Shown here one piece after another: positions 43,655 through 49,312 of a stretch of DNA of 49,312 nucleotides; the stretch's first letter is position 1, and every line of letters begins with the position of its first letter. Position numbers and translations under genes: made by a program. This DNA comes from Halomonas sp. (GTDB taxonomy: Bacteria; Pseudomonadota; Gammaproteobacteria; Pseudomonadales; Halomonadaceae), in contig PUOM01000263.1 in assembly GCA_003552795.1 (NCBI GenBank), forward strand, positions 1 through 49,312, read 5' to 3'. The notes beneath the pieces are model-generated. The model saw only the letters and a list, made by a program, of their open reading frames with translations, was not told where the DNA came from and made no database searches.

Positions 43655-43888
43655 CGTCTCCTCCATGAATCTCTCTCGAGCGGGTGCCTGGCGGGCGATG
43701 GCACAGGGAAAGGTGGGCGCGCTCGGCGGCCCTGCCTTATCTTTTGGTCTAGCTGCGCGCGAACCCGCTGCTTTGCGGGTTTACACATGGAAGTATTTTC
43801 CACAAAATTGCAGCCACAGCAGTCACTCACCCCTGTATCGGCAGACTGGCATGCGACCCGTCGGCTGCCAAGCACGAGGAGATCCACC

Positions 43889-46063
43889 ATGACCCAACGT
43901 GTCACCCGTCACCGCCTCCAGGTGGCCGCCGAACTGGACCGTTTCATCAGCGAGCAGGCGCTTCCGGGCACCGGCGTCGATGCCGAGGCGTTCTGGGCCG
44001 GCGTCGATGCCCTCTTTCACGATCTGACCCCGAAGAACCGCGAACTGCTCGCCGAACGTGAGCGACTGCAGGAGCAGCTCGACGCCTGGCATCGCGAGCA
44101 CCCCGGCCCGGTGGGCGACATGACCGCCTATCGTGCCTTCCTCAAGGAGATCGGCTACCTGAGCGAGGCGCCGGCCAGGGTAGCGGTGACCACGGCCAAC
44201 GTCGACCGCGAGATCGCCGTCCAGGCCGGGCCGCAGCTGGTGGTGCCGGTAAGCAACGCCCGCTATGCGCTGAACGCTGCCAATGCGCGCTGGGGCAGCC
44301 TCTACGATGCCCTCTACGGCACCGACGCCATCTCCGAGGAGGACGGCGCCGAGAAGGGGTCGAGCTTCAACCCCAAGCGCGGCGAGAAGGTGATCGCCTA
44401 CGCCCGCGGCGTGCTGGATCGCGCCGCCCCGCTGGCCACCGGCTCCCACCGCGATGCCGTGAAGTATGTGCTGCGTGACGGCCACCTGGTGGTGACTCTG
44501 GAGGGCGGGCGCGAGACCGGCCTCAAGGATGCCGGCAAGCTGGTGGGCTACACCGGCGAGGCGGCGAGCCCCGAGTCGGTGCTGCTGGCCAACCACGGTC
44601 TGCACCTGGAGATCCAGATCGACCCGAGCCATCCCATCGGCAAGACCGATCCGGCCGGCGTCAAGGATGTCGTGGTCGAGGCGGCGCTGACCACCATCAT
44701 GGACTGCGAGGACTCCGTGGCGGCGGTGGATGCCGAGGACAAGGTGGGCGTCTACGCCAACTGGCTGGGCCTGATGAAGGGCGATCTGGAGGAGCAGGTG
44801 GAGAAGGGTGGCAAGACCCTCACCCGCCGCCTGCACGCCGACCGCCGGTTCACCGCCCCGGACGGCGGCAAGCTGACCCTGCCGGGCCGTTCGCTGATGT
44901 TCGTGCGCAACGTGGGTCATCTGATGACCACGCCGGCGGTGCTCGACGCCGAGGGCAACGAGCTGCCCGAGGGTATCCTCGACGGCATCGTCACCGGTCT
45001 GCTCGCCCTGCACGACCTCAAGAAGAGCGAGGGGGAGCCGCGCAACTCCCGCGAAGGCTCCGTGTACATCGTCAAGCCCAAGATGCACGGTCCCGGGGAA
45101 GTGGCCTTCTCCAGCGAGCTGTTCGGCCGCATCGAGGACCTGCTGGGGATGGCCCGAGACACGCTCAAGATGGGCATCATGGACGAGGAGCGTCGCACCA
45201 CGGTGAACCTCAAGGCGTGTATCGCCGAGGCGTCCTCTCGGGTGGTCTTCATCAACACCGGCTTCCTGGACCGCACCGGCGACGAGATGCACACCGCCAT
45301 GGAGGCGGGCCCGATGCTCCGCAAGGGGGACATGAAGGGGGCCGCCTGGATCGGCGCCTACGAGAAGAACAACGTCCAGATCGGCCTGGCCTGTGGCCTG
45401 CGCGGCCGTGCCCAGATCGGCAAGGGCATGTGGGCCATGCCTGACCTGATGGCCGCCATGCTCGAGCAGAAGATCGGCCATCCCAAGGCCGGTGCCAACA
45501 CCGCCTGGGTGCCGTCGCCCACCGCCGCCACCCTGCACGCCCTGCACTACCATCAGGTGGACGTCACCGGCATCCAGCGCGAGCTGGAGGCCCAGGGGGA
45601 GCCGGACTACCTGGATGAGCTGCTCTCCGTGCCGGTGGTCGCCGAGGCCAGCTGGTCCGACGAGGAGATCCAGCAGGAGCTCGACAACAACTGCCAGGGC
45701 ATCCTCGGCTATGTGGTGCGCTGGGTCGAGCACGGCGTGGGCTGCTCCAAGGTGCCGGACATCCACGATGTGGGCCTGATGGAAGACCGCGCCACCCTGC
45801 GCATCTCCAGCCAGCATATCGCCAACTGGCTGCACCACGGCGTGGTGGATGCCGCGCGTGTTCAGGAGACCCTGACGCGCATGGCCAAGGTGGTGGACGA
45901 GCAGAACGCCGGCGACCCCACCTACACGCCGATGAGCGCGGACTACGAGGGCTCCAGCGCCTTCCAGGCCGCCAGCGACCTGATCTTCAAGGGCCATGTG
46001 CAGCCCTCCGGCTACACCGAGCCGCTGCTGCACCACTGGCGCGCCGTGCACAAGGCCAAGTAA
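43889..46063 (+). CDS. glcB: Malate synthase G (mirror copy)
   Basis: Reverse complement of 3250-5424. Confidence 0.96.
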   Translation: MTQRVTRHRLQVAAELDRFISEQALPGTGVDAEAFWAGVDALFHDLTPKNRELLAERERLQEQLDAWHREHPGPVGDMTAYRAFLKEIGYLSEAPARVAVTTANVDREIAVQAGPQLVVPVSNARYALNAANARWGSLYDALYGTDAISEEDGAEKGSSFNPKRGEKVIAYARGVLDRAAPLATGSHRDAVKYVLRDGHLVVTLEGGRETGLKDAGKLVGYTGEAASPESVLLANHGLHLEIQIDPSHPIGKTDPAGVKDVVVEAALTTIMDCEDSVAAVDAEDKVGVYANWLGLMKGDLEEQVEKGGKTLTRRLHADRRFTAPDGGKLTLPGRSLMFVRNVGHLMTTPAVLDAEGNELPEGILDGIVTGLLALHDLKKSEGEPRNSREGSVYIVKPKMHGPGEVAFSSELFGRIEDLLGMARDTLKMGIMDEERRTTVNLKACIAEASSRVVFINTGFLDRTGDEMHTAMEAGPMLRKGDMKGAAWIGAYEKNNVQIGLACGLRGRAQIGKGMWAMPDLMAAMLEQKIGHPKAGANTAWVPSPTAATLHALHYHQVDVTGIQRELEAQGEPDYLDELLSVPVVAEASWSDEEIQQELDNNCQGILGYVVRWVEHGVGCSKVPDIHDVGLMEDRATLRISSQHIANWLHHGVVDAARVQETLTRMAKVVDEQNAGDPTYTPMSADYEGSSAFQAASDLIFKGHVQPSGYTEPLLHHWRAVHKAK

Positions 46064-46189
46064 CCTCGGCCTGATCCGCCAGGGCGGCGACGCCGCCCAG
46101 CCAGAGGCGCCCCGGGTATCTGCCCGGGGCGCTTTCGGTTATGTTGACGCCAGCGTCAACCTTCTCCACCCACCGCAAGGAGCCCGCCG

Positions 46190-46603
46190 ATGACCGTGAT
46201 GAGCGCCGCCACCATCGAGGACTTTCTCGACGAGGTGTTTCCCCAGCGTATCGGGACCATCGAGGCCGTCGACCACATGCGCGCCACCATGAGCCTGGCC
46301 ATCGACGACGACCACCTGCGCCCCGGCGCCAGCGTCTCCGGCCCGACCCTGATGGGTCTGGCCGATGTCTGCCTCTACGTGGCGATCCTCGCCCAGATCG
46401 GCCCCGAGGCCATGGCGGTCACCAGCGATCTGCACTGCCGCTTCCTGCGCCGCCCCCGGGGCGATCGCGACATCATCGCCATCGCGCGTATCCTCAAGCT
46501 GGGGCGGCGTCTGGCGGTGGGCGAGGTGCAGCTGTTCTCCGCCGGCGACGAAGAGCCGGTGGCCTTGGTCACCGCCACCTACGCCCTGCCCGACCGGGAC
46601 TGA
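46190..46603 (+). CDS. PaaI-family thioesterase (mirror copy)
   Basis: Reverse complement of 2710-3123. Confidence 0.83.
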   Translation: MTVMSAATIEDFLDEVFPQRIGTIEAVDHMRATMSLAIDDDHLRPGASVSGPTLMGLADVCLYVAILAQIGPEAMAVTSDLHCRFLRRPRGDRDIIAIARILKLGRRLAVGEVQLFSAGDEEPVALVTATYALPDRD

Positions 46604-46609
46604 GCCGGC

Positions 46610-46990
46610 TCAGGTGCGTGGCGCGCGCAGCGCCGCGCCGGCCAGGGCCAGCCAGCCGGCGATCATCAGTACGCCGCCCACGGGGGTGATCATGCCCAGG
46701 CCGCCAATGCCGGTCAGCGCCATGGCGTAGAGCGACCCCGAGAAGAGCACGATTCCCGCCGCCCAGAGCCCCATGGCCAGCCGCTGCCCCGTGAGGGGAA
46801 GCGAGCTGCGCCAGGCCAGCACGGCGAGCAGCGCCAGGGTGTGCCATGCCTGATAGCGCACGCCGGTCCCGAAGGCCGCTACCAGACGCGGCGCCAGGCT
46901 TTCCTCCAGGGCGTGGGCGCCGAAGGCGCCCGCCATCACCACCACGGCGCCCGACAGCGCCGCCCCCAGCCACCAGCCTCGGTCCTGCAT
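46610..46990 (-). CDS. DUF423 membrane protein (mirror copy)
   Basis: Reverse complement of 2323-2703. Confidence 0.86.
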   Translation of the reverse strand: MQDRGWWLGAALSGAVVVMAGAFGAHALEESLAPRLVAAFGTGVRYQAWHTLALLAVLAWRSSLPLTGQRLAMGLWAAGIVLFSGSLYAMALTGIGGLGMITPVGGVLMIAGWLALAGAALRAPRT

Positions 46991-47178
46991 TCCTTTCTCC
47001 CTCATATGGCATCCTGGTCAGGTCGATATCGGGTGCTCAGCCCCGAGAGGTGGGAGCGTCATGGCCGCTACCGTACCCCGGCCGGCCGGACTCGGCTACA
47101 ATGGGGCCGCGATTTCCCCCTGCCGGCCGCCCCGGCGGGGGCTGACAACGATAGCCACCAGAGCGCAGAGAGAACGCC

Positions 47179-47391
47179 ATGCAGATCCAGCTCAATGGCG
47201 AGGCGCACACCCTGGCGCCCGACCTCATGCCTGCCCCGACGATTGCCGCGCTGGTCGAGTCCCTGGGACTCGCCGGCCGCCGCATCGCGGTGGAGGTGAA
47301 CGAGGAGATCGTGCCCCGCAGCGAACACGCCGCCACTCGCCTGGCCGAGGGCGACCGGGTCGAGGTGGTGCACGCCATCGGCGGTGGCTGA
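47179..47391 (+). CDS. thiS: ThiS (mirror copy)
   Basis: Reverse complement of 1922-2134. Confidence 0.95.
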   Translation: MQIQLNGEAHTLAPDLMPAPTIAALVESLGLAGRRIAVEVNEEIVPRSEHAATRLAEGDRVEVVHAIGGG

Positions 47392-47438
47392 GCGCCGCCC
47401 GTACGCCACCGCGACGACAACCACACAAGGCAGACTCG

Positions 47439-48236
47439 ATGACAGACTTCTTCCAGGACCAGCCCCTGCGCATCGCCGGGCGTGAATTCTCCTCACGCCT
47501 GCTGGTCGGCACCGGCAAGTACAAGGACTTCGACGAGACCAGCGAGGCGATCAGCGCCTCCGGCGCCGAAGTGGTCACCTTCGCGGTGCGCCGCACCAAC
47601 CTCGGTCAGGAAGCCGGAGAGCCCAACCTGCTCGACGCGGTGCCCCCGGAGCGCTATACCCTGCTGCCCAACACCGCCGGTTGCTATACGGCCAAGGACG
47701 CGGTGCGCACCTGCAAACTGGCCCGTGAGCTGCTTGACGGCCACAGGCTGGTGAAGCTTGAGGTGCTGGGCGACGACGCGACCCTCTATCCCAACGTGGT
47801 GGAGACCCTGACCGCCGCCGAGGCGCTGATCAAGGATGGCTTCGACGTCATGGTCTATACCAGCGACGACCCCATCGTCGCCCGCGAGCTGGAGCGCCTG
47901 GGCTGCTGCGCCATCATGCCGCTGGGCTCGCTGATCGGCTCCGGCCACGGCATCCAGAACCCTCACAATATTCGCCTGATCATCGAGCAGGCCAGCGTGC
48001 CGGTACTGGTGGACGCCGGCATCGGCACCGCCTCCGATGCCGCCATGGCCATGGAGCTGGGCTGCGACGGTGTGCTGCTGAACACCGCCATCGCCCATGC
48101 CCGCCAGCCGGTGCTGATGGCCAGCGCCATGCGCAAGGCCGTGGAGGCGGGCCGCGAGGCCTTCCTGGCCGGACGCATGCCGCGCCGCCAGAGTGCCGAT
48201 CCCTCCTCCCCCTTCGCCGGCCGCATCAACGGCTGA
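47439..48236 (+). CDS. thiG: Thiazole synthase (mirror copy)
   Basis: Reverse complement of 1077-1874. Confidence 0.95.
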   Translation: MTDFFQDQPLRIAGREFSSRLLVGTGKYKDFDETSEAISASGAEVVTFAVRRTNLGQEAGEPNLLDAVPPERYTLLPNTAGCYTAKDAVRTCKLARELLDGHRLVKLEVLGDDATLYPNVVETLTAAEALIKDGFDVMVYTSDDPIVARELERLGCCAIMPLGSLIGSGHGIQNPHNIRLIIEQASVPVLVDAGIGTASDAAMAMELGCDGVLLNTAIAHARQPVLMASAMRKAVEAGREAFLAGRMPRRQSADPSSPFAGRING

Positions 48237-48264
48237 ATCTGCCAATCGAGAGCTGCAACGACCG

Positions 48265-49008
48265 ATGAGTGATCAACCCCGCGACGATACCGCCACCACC
48301 GGGCCGGAAGGCCCGCAGGCCCCCCTGCACCGCCGCGGCATCAAGAGCTATGTGCTGCGTGCCGGGCGCATGACCCAGGCCCAGACCCGTGGCCTCGAGG
48401 AGGTGTGGCCGAGGCTGGGATTGACCCTGGCCGAAGGGCGCCAGGATCTGGATACCCTGTTCGGTCGGCGTGCGCCGCGGGTGGTGGAGATCGGTTTCGG
48501 CATGGGCGCCTCGCTGATCGAGCAGGCCGAGACCCACCCCGACACCGATTTCATCGGCATCGAGGTGCACGCCCCGGGGGTGGGCAAGCTGCTCGACGAG
48601 GCCGACAAGCGCGGCCTGACCAATCTGCGCGTCTACCGGGAAGATGCCCTGCGGGTACTCGAGGAGTGCCTGCCCGAGGCCAGCCTCGACACCCTGCAGC
48701 TCTTCTTCCCCGACCCCTGGCCGAAGAAGAAGCATCACAAGCGACGCATCGTGCAGCCGGCCTTCGTGGAGCTGGTGCGCAGCCGGCTCAAGGTGGGCGG
48801 CACCTTCCATCTGGCCACCGACTGGGAGGCCTACGCCGAGTGGATGGCCGAGGTGATGGACGCCGCACCGGGCTATGCCAATACCGCCGCCGCGGACACC
48901 TTGCCCTACGTGCCGCGGCCGGAGTTCCGCCCGCTGACCAAGTTCGAGGCTCGCGGCGAGAAGCTGGGCCACGGCGTCTGGGACCTGATCTACCGCCGCG
49001 TCGACTGA
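48265..49008 (+). CDS. trmB: tRNA (guanine-N7)-methyltransferase (mirror copy)
   Basis: Reverse complement of 305-1048. Confidence 0.95.
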   Translation: MSDQPRDDTATTGPEGPQAPLHRRGIKSYVLRAGRMTQAQTRGLEEVWPRLGLTLAEGRQDLDTLFGRRAPRVVEIGFGMGASLIEQAETHPDTDFIGIEVHAPGVGKLLDEADKRGLTNLRVYREDALRVLEECLPEASLDTLQLFFPDPWPKKKHHKRRIVQPAFVELVRSRLKVGGTFHLATDWEAYAEWMAEVMDAAPGYANTAAADTLPYVPRPEFRPLTKFEARGEKLGHGVWDLIYRRVD

Positions 49009-49242
49009 CCTGCCGGTGCTGACGAATCTGTCGACGGTGGTTCCAAGCGCTCGGGGCTGATCTGGCGGCAAGCCCCGGAGCGTCGGTCCGACGAGGAGGC
49101 GCTGTGAATACCTCCCCGTACGCTACCGACGCCATCCCTGGCGCAGGGCCTCCTCTTCGGCTTGCCCCAGCGCCCCTCGCCTGGGCAGCGAAAACGCTCA
49201 TGTGATGCTCCCATCCGGGGGCATCGCTGTTTCTGCGGGACG

Positions 49243-49312
49243 AAAAAAGCCGCCCTCGATGGGGCGGCGGCAAGACCGTGACTAGCTAATGAGGAGGGAG
49301 AAACCACGGCAG
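49243..49312 (-). ncRNA. PrrF-like sRNA 3' end (mirror copy)
   Basis: Reverse complement of 1-70. Confidence 0.65.

Overview
The whole 49,312-bp window is one spacer-less palindrome: bases 24657-49312 are the reverse complement of bases 1-24656, and the axis lies inside CCA|TGG, 19 bp after the paaX stop. All mirror ORF pairs have coordinates summing to 49313 and identical translations, so there is only about 24.7 kb of unique sequence. That half is high-GC core chromosome of a Halomonas-like gammaproteobacterium (taxonomy inferred from gene content and order). It carries a PrrF-like sRNA 3' end, trmB-thiG-thiS, DUF423, a PaaI thioesterase, glcB, a hydrolase plus lipoprotein, comM/yifB, ubiK, glnK-amt-glnK, fpr/finR, a host-attachment (baeRF-like) gene, vanZ-like, hemE, ribA, dxs-ispA-xseB, serA, an enoyl-CoA hydratase, iclR and paaX. 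There are no mobile-element, phage, protelomerase, defence or CRISPR genes. The giant palindrome is most likely a fold-back assembly or sequencing artefact at a short native hairpin; a real inverted duplication or hairpin telomere cannot be excluded from sequence alone. Regulatory signals are readable: IclR boxes at glcB and iclR, NtrC/IHF/sigma54 at glnK, a LiuR-like box and a PaaX-like operator.
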